This document shows positions 50,619-64,000 of a stretch of DNA of 64,000 bases, piece by piece. The stretch comes from Selaginella moellendorffii (taxonomy: Eukaryota; Plantae; Lycopodiophyta). The number at the start of each line of letters is the position of its first letter. Position 1 is the first letter of the stretch. The notes below the pieces were generated by a model that searched no databases, was not told where the DNA came from, and saw only the letters and a list, made by a program, of their open reading frames with translations. Both the position numbers and the translations under genes were made by a program. The stretch is from NCBI RefSeq assembly GCF_000143415.4, contig NW_003314266.1, positions 3,937,674 through 4,001,673 on the forward strand. Reading direction: 5' to 3'.

Positions 50619-53600
50619 TAGTGTTTTATTTCGGCCGCCAATAAGCCATTTGAAATGGCTTTTTGGCAGAGAAAATGTTAAGCTTTAATACAAATTAGTG
50701 TCATCTGAAAAGTCTGTTGTTGGCAGTGGCCGGGCCGACAATTTCCTTAAGCAGTTTAAAAATTAAAAACAGCATGTGCATACCAACTTAATTATGAATA
50801 AATAATGTCAATGTTAGGCAATTCATGAGAAATTTCAAGTGACGCCAGTTGTTGCTCTGAACTGCTGGTACTATCCAAATCAGTTAACAAATAGATTTTC
50901 CTTTTTCTGATTGCAGTGGCACTCGAATTTCCCTCATTTAGACATTTGCGCTTGAAAGGAGGAGGCATGGGAGATGCAAGTAAGCTCTCCACACCAGTTA
51001 CTTGGTCCATGTTGTCCCCAAGGCCACTAATCTCACTGTCATTACATAGTATTGCATACTATCAGCCTGGATAGAGGTAAACAAAGAAGCTTACCTCCCA
51101 TTAGCTAACCTAAAATCAAAATCCCAATCAAAGTCATCATCTTCGTCTTCAGACATGGAATCATCAGTGTCAACTTCTGCATAGGACCTGAAACCTGTGG
51201 TTATGTGGCCTGTGCCATTGCCTCATACAACTAGAGAGTCGTTCTCTTTTGGAATATCAAATTCTCCTTGAGTCCACGTTGCAGAGCTGCAAGAAGTTTC
51301 AAATTCCTTCCTATCCCAAATTCGATGGTTTTGGTAAATATGAATGAGCTTCTCAGCCTGCTCTGGATGCAGTCTACACACAAGCAAGTGACACCAATGT
51401 CAGACAAGTTCTTCATGTTTATAAATGAACAAAGGGCTTACTTGTTTTGCTTTAGTATCAAGACGTTGCTGTATGTACTAAAATTCCACTCAGCTGCAGA
51501 ATTCAAAGTTGTCAAACCAAGAATATAGCATGCAAACCTCCAAAGCACTTCCCCTGAGTCACAGCTGAAGCTAACCGCAGAGGCCCAAACAGGCCAAGGT
51601 GAATCTCCATCCTTGCCTTTCTTAAGCAATTCTTGTGCATCACGGCTGTTTGCAATGGAAAAGGGGCTAGTTCCATCGATGTATGCAAAGTACTCTTGAT
51701 TTAGATTGTGGGCATCTTTAGCATTTGGATAAAAACAATGTTGAATACGACTAAATGCTGATGTTTCTTTCTGTCTATTTTTATCCTCCCTGTAACGCGG
51801 ATTTACACACTAGGCTGCCCCAAACAAGTCACAGGATCTCATGTACTGATCCTCTTGTTTCTCCAGAAAGTCTTCAATATTGTTATTATAGACACAAACT
51901 CCGGTCATAATTATTAATTAAGCAAACAAGTTAATTGGATGTTACATGAAAAAGCAACACATGCCTAAAGATTCATAGCACTCAAATGAGCCACAAAAAA
52001 ACTCTTCATGGTGTGCTGCATCAATGATCATAATATTCTGAATATGCAACCCACTAACTGTCTTCCAACTGTCTGTTACCAAGCAAGGCAATCATGGGCT
52101 GTACGCACCTATAGCTTTCTCAAGTTGTTGATCAATGCGCTCAACTGTTTCATGGTATATCTCATCCAAGAAGTCTTCACGCAAAGCCTTCAGCAAAGGC
52201 AAAGGAAACATGGAACCGCATTGGGCATGTCTACCAACTACTAGGTTGAATGCTCTGGCCTTGATGTAAACTCCAAATGCATACTCCTTCTACCATGCCC
52301 TAAGTTCTTCAGGGGTCAACACCCTTCCTGTGATTCCTTTGAGAGCTACTGTTTCCTGCAAGATACGACTTGTTGAACTTGTCTGAGGCCATGTAGTAGA
52401 CACTATTATATCAATTTGATTCCCAGCTGCACATAAACGACCCATAGAGATGCAGCCAATTGTAGCTAACTCAATCTCTCGAACCTACTGCTGCAACCGC
52501 TCTGCATCAAGTTGGTCTTCACCCTCCAAACATTCTATCCATTCCCATGCTTTGTTGTCATTACCACTCAGAAAGGCAAACATGTTCAATTTTGGCCTGC
52601 GTTCAATACTCCCACTAACTTGAGGAGTTGATATTGATCCTCCAACACTGAAGGCATCTTCATCCAATTGCTGTGACCCTGAAGCTCCTTGATTGCTGAA
52701 CTGTGTCATTCTACTATTGCCATGTTGTTCGAACTCTGCAAGCTTGATGTTGTATGTCTCAATATTGTTCCTTGTTATAGACACAAACTCCTCACTGAAC
52801 TCTTGTATTGGCCTGTGACGCAAACTTATGTCAGCAGTGCAGCAACCTGTGTCCTCCTTCTCCTTGTAGAAGCTGCAAAAATGCCTCCTAATCCTCGTAC
52901 GTCCAATTCCCTTCACGGGACCTTTGCATAAGACACACCTAACCACTACCTCCCAACTAGCTTTGTCAGTGCTGAAACATTGAGGATCCGCCTCAGTGTT
53001 TTCCAAATTCCTCTCCCTGAGTGCTAAAGGATCACAAAAGACGTATTTGCAAACGGTTTAGGGCCGAAGGCCTACCAAGTCTGCCTCTGGGACTCGGAGG
53101 ATGATGAGGGTTGGTCTTTTGCCCTTGGATCCCTCTCTATTCTCCCTTGCAGCCTCGCCCTATTCTCGCAGCAGCACTATCCTCAACACTTGGCCAAGGG
53201 TTTACCCCGTAGAACACAGCAACTTGATCATTTACAGCCAAAGCAAGCCCCTCTCCGATCACGGTGTCTCCTGAGGCTACACCCAAACCAAGCCCCTCAC
53301 CTATCACGGCTTCTCCCGAGTCTGCTCCTGCAAATGGATTGATGGAGGCTCTTACCTTGTTCACCCTCCCACAGCGTAGTTGCAGCCACGCTGTGTTGCT
53401 GTAGTATTTCGCCCTTGCCACCCTGACATCGAAACAAAAAAGGAGAGGATGGGAGAGAAATGGTGCTACTGGCCCTAAGGCTAAACCTTTTGTGTTTCTT
53501 CTCACCCAAGCTAAAGGAATTTAAAGAACCCGCAAGTTACTTGAATGAAAACCCTTGATCCATGTATGTCAGTAATAGCCATGACAACTTGAATATGCAT

Positions 53601-56600
53601 CGAATCATTATTGAATCTTTTCTTTAGTGGGGTTAAAGGTTCAAGGGTTATGCTTAATTAAACGGTCATAATTATTCAAAATGCCAAAAAGTAGCTTTGA
53701 ATAAAACTCTACCAAAACCCATTTCTACACCATGGCAATCGCATTTGCAAGGGAGAACACTAGAGTAAATATTAAAACCATGGGCTTTTGCTATTGTGTG
53801 GCAAGAGGAGCAGTAGGAGCAGCAGCAGCAGCAGTAGCAGTAGTAGGAGCAGTAGGAGGTGTAGCCTGCTCCTTTAGTTGTGGCTGCGGGATTTGGGCCG
53901 TTGGCAACTGGATGGGGCCTGCTGCCCATTGACTAACCCTTTCTTAGATAACTCGGATGAAAATAACCAAGTGCAACTGTCTGGAGAATAGCCAATGGCA
54001 CCAATACCCATTGCGAGAAGATCGTCCTAACGCGGTCAACAAGTCCCAAGATCCATGGCCAGAGAACCTTACCAATCCATGGTGAGAATGCCTGTGCCAG
54101 GGAGGAGGCAAGAGTGAAACCTAAGGCTCCGACACTGAGCCAAAACCACCGAGACTCCGTGATCTTGTTATTGCTCAACCTGCCAAGATCGATGCTGCCT
54201 CCTCTCGCTTTATGGCCAAAGATATCGATAACTGCCGCCTCTTGTTGAGAGATAGAAATCAGGAATGAATCTAGCAAGAAGGAAGTAAAGAAGAGCAACA
54301 ACAATGCTGCCACCCTCATCCTTAGGGATTCCACAAACAAGCTCTTTTTAAGATAATGGAAAAACTAAACCAACAAAAGCATGCCCGTCTCTTTTATGTG
54401 TGTTTTGTCTCTATGGTCTCTTTTTTCCTTCTCTCGCAACATTATGCTCTCAATCTCTCGATCATGATGATTACTCTCTCCTTACCATGGTCCCACTCAT
54501 AGTCTCTCTTTTTCCTTATCTCGATGAGATTGGGAAGCTCTAGTGCTCAGCAATGGTTTCGAAAACTGCAGCAAAAATCCCAGCAATAGTTAGCAAAAAC
54601 TGCAATTAAAATACTGCAAAAATGCCGTAGCTTTTTTAGCTAAGCGCTCTTTGTGGTTCTCTTTTACTTTACTCCTAGTTCCTCCAATGCCAAGGAAATC
54701 CAATCCTCAAAAAGTGCCACAGTTTTGAAGGTTTCATTGTGAACTTTTCTTTGCTACATATGTGAAGGATAACTTACTGTGAAGGAAAGGAAAAAGCAAT
54801 AGCTGCATCAAGAGCTGGTTTCACAGCAGCTCAAGACTTTGCTTGTTCTTCGGTGGAGTGAAGGTTTCTGTAACTTTGATTGATGTGCATCATAAGAAAA
54901 AACCAGTGTTTTATTTCGGCTGCCAAAAAGCCATTTAAAATGGCTTTTTGGCATAGAAAATGTTAAGCTTTTATACAAATTAGTGTCATCTGAAAAGTCT
55001 ATCGCCGACAGCAGCTAGGCCAACAATTTCCTTAAGCAGCCTAAAAATTTTAAAACGGCACGTGCGTGCCAACTTGATTATGAATCAACAATGTTAATGT
55101 TAGGCAATTCATGAAAAATTTCAAGTGATGCTAGTTGTTGCTCTAAACTGCTAGTACTGGGCTGGTCCAAATCAGTTAACAAACGGATTTTCCTTTTTTT
55201 GACTACAGTGGCACTCAAATCTCCCTCATTTAGATGTTTGCGCTTGAAAGGAGGAGGCATGGGAGATGCAGGTAAGATCTCCACACCAATTATCTGGTCC
55301 ATGTCGTCCCTAGGACCACTAATCTCACTGTCATTGCATAGTATTGCATACTATCAACCTGGATAGAAGTAAACAAAGAAGCTTACCTCCCATGAGCTAA
55401 CCTAAGACCAGAATCCTAGTTGAAGTCATCATCTTCATCTTCAGGCATGGAATCATCAGTGTAAACTTTCGCATAGGACCTGAAACCTATGGTTGTGTGG
55501 CATGTGCCATTGTCTCCTACAACTAGAGAGTCGTTCTCTTTTGGAATATCAAATGCACCCAAACTAGGCCCCTCTTCGATCACGGCTTCTTTTGAGTCTG
55601 CTCCTACAAATGGATTGATGGAGACTCCTACCTTGTTTGCCCTCCCATAGCCGCAGCTGCGGCCATGTTGTGCTACTGCAGTATATCGCCCTTGCTGCCC
55701 TGACATTGAAACAAAAAGGAGAGAGTGAGAGGACAGGAGAGAAATGGTGCTACTAGCCCTAAGGCTAAACCTTTTGTGTTGCTTCTCACCTAAGCTGAAG
55801 GAATTCAAACAACTTGCAAGTTGCTTGAATGAAAACCCTTGATCCATGTATGTCAGTAATAGCCCTGACAACCTGAATATGCGTTGAATCGCCGTTGAAT
55901 CTTTTCTCTAGTGGGGTTAAAGGTTCAAGGGTTATGCTTAATTAAACGGTCATAATTATTCAAAATGCCAAAAAGTAGTTTTGAATAAACCTTGCCAACA
56001 CCCATTTCTACACCATGGCAATCACATTCACAAGGGAGAACACTAGAGTAGATAGCAAAACCATGGGCTTTTGTTATTGCGTGGCAAGAGCAGTAGTAGG
56101 AGGCGCAGCTTGCTCCTCCAATTGTGGCTGCGAGATCTGGGCCGTCGGCAGTTGGATGGGGCCTGCTGCCCATTGACTAACCCTTTCTTAGATAACTCGG
56201 ATGAAAGTAACCAAGTGTAGCAATTCAGAGAATAGCCAATGGCACCAATACCCATTGCGAGAAGATCGTCCCAACACAGTCAACGAGTCCCAAGATCCAT
56301 GGCCAGAGAACCTTACTAATTCATGGCGAGAATGCCTGTGCTAGGGAGGAGGCAAGAGTGAAACCTAAGGCTTCGACACTAAGCCAAAACCACCGAGACT
56401 CTGTGATCTTGTCATTGCTCAACCTGCCGAGATCGAGATCGTGTGCCACCTCCTCTCACTTCATGGCCAAAGACATCGATAACTGCCGCCTGCTGTTGAG
56501 AGATGGAAATTAGAAATGAATCTAGCAGGAAGGAAGCAAAGAAGAGCAACAACAATGCTGCCACCCTCATCCTTAGGGATTCCACAAACAAGCTCTTTTT

Positions 56601-59600
56601 AAGACAATAGAAGAACTAAACCAACAAAAGCATGCCCGTCTCTTTTATGTGTGTTTTGTCTCTATGGTCTCTTTTTTCCTTCTCTTGCAACATCATGCTC
56701 TCAATCTCTCGATCATAACGATCATTCTCTCCTTATCATGGCCCTGCTTATGGTCTTTCTTTTTCCTTATCTGGACGAGATTGGAAAGCTCCAATGCTCA
56801 GCAATAGTTAGCAAAAACTGCAATGGAAATACTGGAAAAATGCTGTAGCTTTTCTAGTTGAGTGCTCTTTGTGGTTCTCTTTTACTTTACTCCTAGTTCC
56901 TCCAATGTAACTTTGATTGATGTGTGTCACAAGAAAAACCAGTGTTTTATTTCGGCTGCCAAAAAGCCATTTAAAATGGCTTTTTGGCATAGAAAATGTT
57001 AAGCTTTTATACAAATTAGTATCATTTGAAAAGTCTATCATCGACAGCAACTAGGCTAACAATTTCCTTAAGCAGCCTAAAAATTAAAAAACGGCACATG
57101 AGTGCCAACTTGATTATGAATCAACAATGTTAATATTAGGCAATTCATGAAAAATTTCAAGTGATGCCAATTGTTGCTCTAAACTGCTAGTACTGGGCTG
57201 GTCCAAATCAGTTAACAAATGGATTTTCCTTTTTCTGACTACAATGGCACTCAAATCTCCCACATTTAGATGTTTGCGCTTGAAAGGAGGAGGCATGGGA
57301 GATGTAAGTAAGGTCTCCACACCAATTATCTGGTCCATGTCGTCCCTAGAGCCACTAATCTCACTGTCATTGCATAGTATTGCATACTATCAACCTGGAT
57401 AGAAGTAAACAAAGAAGCTTACCTCCCATGAGCTTAACCTAAGACCAGAATCCTGGTTGAAGTCATCATCTTCGACTTCAGGCATGGAATCATCAGTGTA
57501 AACTTTCGCATAGGACCTGAAACCTATGGTTGTGTGGCCTGTGCCATTGCCTCCTACAACTAGAGAGTCGTTCTCTTTTGGAATATCAAATTCTCCTCTA
57601 GTCCACGTTGCAGAGCTGCAAGAAGTTTTAGATTCCTTCCTATCCCAAATTTGATGGTTTTGGTAAATATGAACGAGCTTCTTAGCCTGCTCTGGATGCA
57701 GTCTACATATAGGCAAGTGACATCAATGTCAAACAAGTTCTTCATGTTTATAAATGAACAAAGGGCTTACTTGTTCTGCTTTAGTGTCAAGACATTGCTG
57801 TATGTACTAAAATTCCACTCAGCTGCAAAATTCAAAGTTGTCAAACCAAGAATATAGCATGCAAACCTCCAAAGCACTTCCCCTGAGTCACAGCTGAAGT
57901 TGACCGTAGAGGCCCAAACATGCCAAGGTGAATCTCCATCTTTGCCTTTCTCAAGCAATTCTTGTGCATCACGGCTGTTTGCAATGGAAAAGGGGGTAGT
58001 TCCATCGACATATGCAAAGTACTCTTGATTTAGATTGTGGGCATCTTTAACATTTGGATAGAAGCGATGTTGAACACGACTAAATGCTGATGTTTCTTTC
58101 TGTCTATTCCTATCCTCCCTATAACACGGATTTACACACTAGGCTGCCCCAAACAAGTCACAGGATCTCATGTACTAATCCTCCTGTTTCTCCAAAAAGT
58201 CTTCAATATTGTTCCTTGTTATAAACACAAACTCCTCACTGATCTCTTGTATTGGCCTACGACACAAACTTATGTCAGCAGTGTAGCAACCTATGTCCTC
58301 CTCCTTGTAGAAGCTGCAAAGATGCCTCCTAATCCCCATAGGTCCATTTCCCTTCACAGGAGCTTTGCATAAGACACATCTAACCACTGCCTCCCAATTA
58401 GCTTTGTTGGTGCTGAAACATTGAGGATCCATCTCGGTGTTTTCCAAGTTCCTCTCCCTAAGTGCTAAAGGATCACAGAAGACATATTTCCAAACTATAT
58501 CCGGAGGCCTACCAAGTCTGCCTCTGGCACTTGGAGGATGATGAGGGTTGGTCTCTTGCCCCTGGATCCCTCTCTGGTCTCCCTTACAACCTCGCCTTGT
58601 TCTCACAGTAGCACTATCCTCAACACCTGGCCAAGGGTTTACCCCATAGAACACAACAACTTGATCATCTACAGCCAAAGCAAGCCCCTCTCCGATGACG
58701 GCGTCTCCTAAGGCTACACCCAAACTAGGCCCCTCACCTATCATGGCTTCTCCCGAGTCTGCTCCTGCAGATGGATTGATGGAGGCTCCTACCTTGTTCA
58801 CCCTCCCACGGCACAACTGCAGCCACACTGTGCTGCTATAGTATTTCACCTTTGCCGCCTTGACATTGAAACAAAAAAGGAGAGGACAGGAGAGAAATGG
58901 TGCTACTAGCCCTAAGGCTAAACCTTTTGTGTTGCTTCTCACCCAAGCTGAAGGAATTCAAAGAACTCGCAAGTTTCTTGAATGAAAACCCTTGATCCAT
59001 GTACGTCACTAATAGCTCTGACAACCTGAATATGCGTCAAATCGCCGTTGAATCTTTTTCTTTAGTGGGGTTAAAGGTTCAAGGGTTATGCTTAATTAAA
59101 TGGTCATAATTATTCAAAATGCCAAAAAGTAGTTTTGAATAAAACTCTGCCAAGACCCATTTCTACACCATGGCAATCGCGTTTACAAAGGAGAACACTA
59201 AAGTAGATAGCAAAACCATGGGCTTCTGCTACTTTGTGGCAGGAGGAGCAACAAGAGGTGCAGCCTGCTCCTCTAGCTGCGGCTGCGGGATTTGGGCCGT
59301 CGGTAGCTAAATGGGGCCTGTTGCCCATCGACTAACCCTTTCCTAAATAACTCAGATGAAAGTAACCAAGTGCAATTGTTCAGAGAATAGCTAATGGCAC
59401 CAATACCCATTGCGAGAAGATCGTCCTAATGTAGTCTCATGGCCCCGCTCACAGTCTCTCTTTTTTATGGTGTCTCCTGAGGCTGCACCCAAACTAGGCC
59501 CCTCTTCGATCACGGCTTCTTCTGAGTCTGCTCCTACAAATGGATTGATGGAGGCTCCTACCTTGTTTGCCCTCCCATAGCCGCAGCTGCGGCCATGCTG

Positions 59601-62600
59601 TGCTACTGCAGTATATCGCCCTTGCTGCCCTGACATTGAAACAAAAAGGAGAGAGTGAGAGGACAGGAGAGAAATGGTGCTACTAGCCCTAAGGCTAAAC
59701 CTTTTGTGTTGCTTCTCACCTAAGCTGAAGGAATTCAAACAACTTGCAAGTTGCTTGAATGAAAACCCTTGATCCATGTATGTTAGTAATAGCCCTGACA
59801 ACCTGAATATGCGTTGAATCGCCGTTGAATCTTTTCTCTAGTGGGGTTAAAGGTTCAAGGGTTATGCTTAATTAAACGGTCATAATTATTCAAAATGCCA
59901 AAAAGTAGTTTTGAATAAACCTTGCCAACACCCATTTCTACACCATGGCAATCACATTCACAAGGGAGAACACTAGAGTAGATAGCAAAACCATGGGCTT
60001 TTGTTATTGCGTGGCAAGAGCAGTAGTAGGAGGCGCAGCCTGCTCCTCCAATTGTGGCTGCGAGATCTGGGCTGTCGGCAGTTGGATGGGGCCTGCTGCC
60101 CATTGACTAACCCTTTCTTAGATAACTCGGATGAAAGTAACCAAGTGCAGCAATTCGGAGAATAGCCAATGGCACCAATACCCATTGCGAGAAGATCGTC
60201 CCAACACGGTCAACGAGTCCCAAGATCCATGGCCAGAGAACCTTACCAATCCATGGCGAGAATGCCTATGCTAGGGAGGAGGCAAGAGTGAAACCTAAGG
60301 CTTCGACACTGAGCCAAAACCACCGAGACTCTGTGATCTTGTCATTGCTCAACCTGCTGAGATCGAGATTGTGTGCCGCCTCCTCTCACTTCATGGCCAA
60401 AGACATCGATAACTGCCGCCTGCTGTTGAGAGATGGAAATCAGAAATGAATCCAGCAGGAAGGAAGCAAAGAAGAGCAACAATAATGCTGCCACCCTCAT
60501 CCTTAGGGATTCCACAAACAAGCTCTTTTTAAGATAATGGAAGAACTAAACCAACAAAAGCATGCCCGTCTCTTTTATGTGTGTTTTGTCTCTATGGTCT
60601 CTTTTTTCCTTCTCTCGCAACATCATGCTCTCAATCTCTCAATCATGATGATCACTCTCTTTTTATCATGGCCTTGCTTACGGTCTTTCTTTTTCCTTAT
60701 CTGGACGAGATTGGAAAGCTCCAGTGCTTAGCAATGGTTTCGAAAACTGCAGTGAAAATCCCAGCAATGGTTAGCAAAAACTGCAGTGGAAATACTGCAA
60801 AAATGCCATAGCTTTTCTAGCTAAACGCTCTTTGTGGTTCTCTTTTACTTTACTCCTAGTTCCTCCAATGCCAAGGAAATCCAATCTCAAAAAGTGCCAC
60901 AAATTTGAAGGTTTCATTGTGAACTTTTCTTTGCTACGTATGTGAAGGATAACTTACTGTGAAGGAACGGAAAGAGCAGTAACTGCATCAAGACCTGGTT
61001 TCACAATAGCTCAAGACTTTGCTTGTTCTTCGGTGGAGTGAAGGTTTCTATAACTTTGATTGATGTGCGTCACAAGAAAAACCAGTGTTTTATTTCGGCT
61101 GCGAAAAAGCCATTTGAAATGGCTTTTTGGCAGAGAAAATGTTAAGCTTTTATACAAATTAGTGTCATCTGAAAAGTCTATCGCCGACAGCAGCCGAGCC
61201 AACAATTTCCTTAAGCAGCCTAAAAATTAAAAAACGGCACATGCGTGCCAACTTGATTATGAATCAACAATGTTAATGTTAGGCAATTCATGAAAAATTT
61301 CAAGTGATGCCAATTGTTGCTCTAAACTGCTAGTACTGGGCTGGTCCAAATCAGTTAACAAACGGATTTTCCTTTTTCTGACTACAATGGCACTCAAATC
61401 TCCCTCATTTAGATGTTTGCGCTTGAAAGGAGGAGGCATGGGAGATGCAAGTAAGGTCTCCACACCAATTATCTGGTCCATGTCGTCCCTAGGGCCACTA
61501 ATCTCATTGTCATTGCATAGTATTGCATGCTATCAACCTGGATAGAAGTAAATAAAGAAGCTTACTTCCCATGAGCTAACCTAAGACCAGAATCCCGGTT
61601 GAAGTCATCATCTTCGTCTTCAAGCATGGAATCATCAATGTCAACTTCTGCATAGGACTTGAAACCTATGGTTGTGTGGCCTGTGCCATTGCCTCCTACA
61701 ACTAGAGAGTCGTTCTCTTTTGGAATATCAAATTCTCCTCTAGTCCACGTTGCAGAGTTGCAAGAAGTTTTAGATTCCTTCCTATCCCAAATTCGATGGT
61801 TTTGTTAAATATGAACGAGCTTCTCAACCCGCTCTGGATGCAGTCTACATATAGGCAAGTGACACCAATGTCAAACAAGTTCTTCATGTTTATAAATGAA
61901 CAAAGGGCTTACTTGTTCTGCTTTAGTGTCAAGATGTTGCTGTATGTACTAAAATTTTACTCAGCTGCAGAATTCAAAGTTGTTAAACCAATATAGCACG
62001 TAAACCTCCAAAGCACTTCCCTTGACTCATAGCTGAAACTGACCGCAGAGGCCCAAACATGCCAAGGTGAATCTCCATCCTTGCCTTTCTCAAGCAATTC
62101 TTGTGCATCACAGCTGTTTGCAATGGAAAAGGGGCTAGTTCCATTGACATATGCAAAGTATTCCTGATTTAGCTTGTGGGCATCTTCAACATTTGGATAG
62201 AAATGATGTCGAACACGATTGAATGCTGCTATTGCTTCCTATCTATTCCTATCCTCCCTCTAACGCAGATTTATACACCAAGCTGCCCCAAACAAGTCAT
62301 AGGATCTCATGTACTGATCCTCCCATTTCTATAGAAAGTCTTCAAGCTGTTGTTTGTCCTCTGCATTGAAACCTGTAACTGTTGCTATCTTGAACTTAAA
62401 AAAATGCCATGCTTGCCACACAAAGCCAATGTTTGAAACTGAGCGATCAAAGAACTTGATTGCCATCACCACCACCTCTATCAACTGCATCACCTTCTCA
62501 ACACCCGCCCAGAAATTAAAATCCTCCACTGCTGTCATGGCTTGGTTAGTAGTCTTTGTTGTTGTTGCAAGTTGGCTTCGTAGCCAATCTTTAAATCTAG

Positions 62601-64000
62601 TATTCCTAAACAACCTCTGCAATGCTCCACACTCTTCCCATAATCACCTGGGCATGTAATAATAGTTTCCAAACTTGTGAAAGAAACAAAAAAAGTGTTA
62701 AAGTCAGTAACAGACAATTACACAACTCTAATACTCACCGAGTAATGACAGGTCTGACGAATTGCCACTTAGGATGCTGAACTTGATAAAAAGCATGCAC
62801 ACGAGTGGAGTTCTTCACAAATTGAACTATACACTTCCCTATGTCTAGATATTGTTTGATGTTGTCCAAACCTGCCCAAGACATTAGTACAAGGTTCAGA
62901 GCATGACACTAACATGGAACACTCCACATATCTTCAAACTCAGTTTTGAATTTGCATCCAACAAGCCACATGTTGGCCGCATTGTCCGTTACTATTGATG
63001 ATAATCCACACTTCCTCTCTATACGCCGCATTTGATCATGTAATATGTTCCACTACCAGGGATGTTGCTTTTGGCTACATTTGCGTCATCAGCAAGTACC
63101 CGAGTATTTATAGCCAAAACCACACTCTTCAATTTGCTATACAAGATATCAACTGCATTGTAAAGCAAACAAGTTAATTGGACGTTACATGAAAAAACAA
63201 CACATACCTAAAGATTCATAGCACTCAAATGAGCCACAAAAAAACTCTTCATGGTGTGCTGCATCAACGATCATAATATTCTAAATATGCAACCCACTAA
63301 CTGTCTTCCAACTGTCCATTACTAAGCAAGGCAGTCGTGGGCTGTACGCACCTGTAGCTTTCTCAAGTTGTTGATCAATGCGCTCAACCGTTTCATGGTA
63401 TATCTCATCCAAGAAGTCTTCACGCAAAGCCTTCAGCAAAGGCAAAGGAAACATGGAACCGCATTGGGCATGTCTACCAACTACTAGGTTGAACGCTCTG
63501 GCCTTGATATAAACTCCCAATGCATACTCCTTCTACCATGCCCTAAGTTCTTCAAGGGTCAACACCCTTCCTGTGATTCCTTTGAGAGCTATTGTTTCCT
63601 GCAAGATACAATTTGTTGAACTTGTCTAAGGCGATGTAGTAGACACTATTATATCGATCTGATTCCTAGCTGCACGTAAACCACCCACAGAGATGCAGCC
63701 AATTGTAGCTAACTCAGTCTCTCGAACCTGCTGCCACAACTGCTCTGCATCAACCTAGTCTTCACCCTCCAAACATTCTATCCATTCCCATGCTTTGTTG
63801 TCGTTATCGCTCGGAAAGGCAAACATGTTCAATTTTGGCCTGTGTTCAATACTCCCACTAGCTTGAGGAGTTGATGTCGATCCTCCAACATTGTAGGCAT
63901 CTTCATCCAATTGCTGTGACCCTGAAACTCCTTGATTGCTGAACCATGTCATTCTACCACTGCCATGTTGTTTAAACTCCACAAGCTTGATGTTGTACGT
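50619..64000 (-). mobile_element. Tandem array of at least 4 decayed hAT elements (BED finger, DUF659-like core, hAT dimerisation domain)
   Basis: DIVWKY..VRCVLCK..IRRHL, MDSWKT, IVTDNAANM, CHALNL, LWRFACYILGLTTLNSAAEWNFSTY; unit boundary (T/C)AGTGTTTTATTTCGG at 50619, 54904, 56940 and 61083. Confidence 0.85.

Noticed and set aside
53933-54340. Hydrophobic 135-aa ORF in the hAT spacer
   Set aside because: No ORF of similar length is predicted in the sister copies and no family is recognised; coding status unsupported

Overview
Eukaryotic plant nuclear DNA. Very short (~50-60 bp) introns, tiny intergenic spacers and intronless PLS/E-type PPR genes with long runs of ~31-aa repeats point to a lycophyte, most likely Selaginella (inference). 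Intact-looking genes: 3' end of SMC3, M48 peptidase, aleurain-like protease, F-box protein, two PPR proteins, AP-2 alpha-adaptin, SG1-like TPR protein, AAED1/PRXL2C-like protein, PLPBP/YggS, two PLAT-domain genes, a novel multi-pass membrane protein and a pectin acetylesterase. Deletion-riddled relics: FKBP62-like, L-galactose dehydrogenase, LRR-RLK and an atypical kinase. Mobile DNA: a tailless LINE fragment with a 15-bp TSD, a truncated Ty3/Gypsy element with a nested complete 5S-rRNA-carrying Cassandra-type TRIM, two independent solo LTRs of one family 204 bp apart, and a >13-kb tandem array of decayed hAT elements. The most striking structure is a recurring pattern in which a gene pair was split by a duplication and each gene kept one intact copy. 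It appears as a ~16-kb inversion with inverted duplications at both breakpoints and as two insertions flanked by direct duplications. A divergent tRNA-Ala(UGC)-like sequence sits just upstream of the SG1-like gene. All calls are by eye; exon boundaries and pseudogene limits are approximate unless stated.
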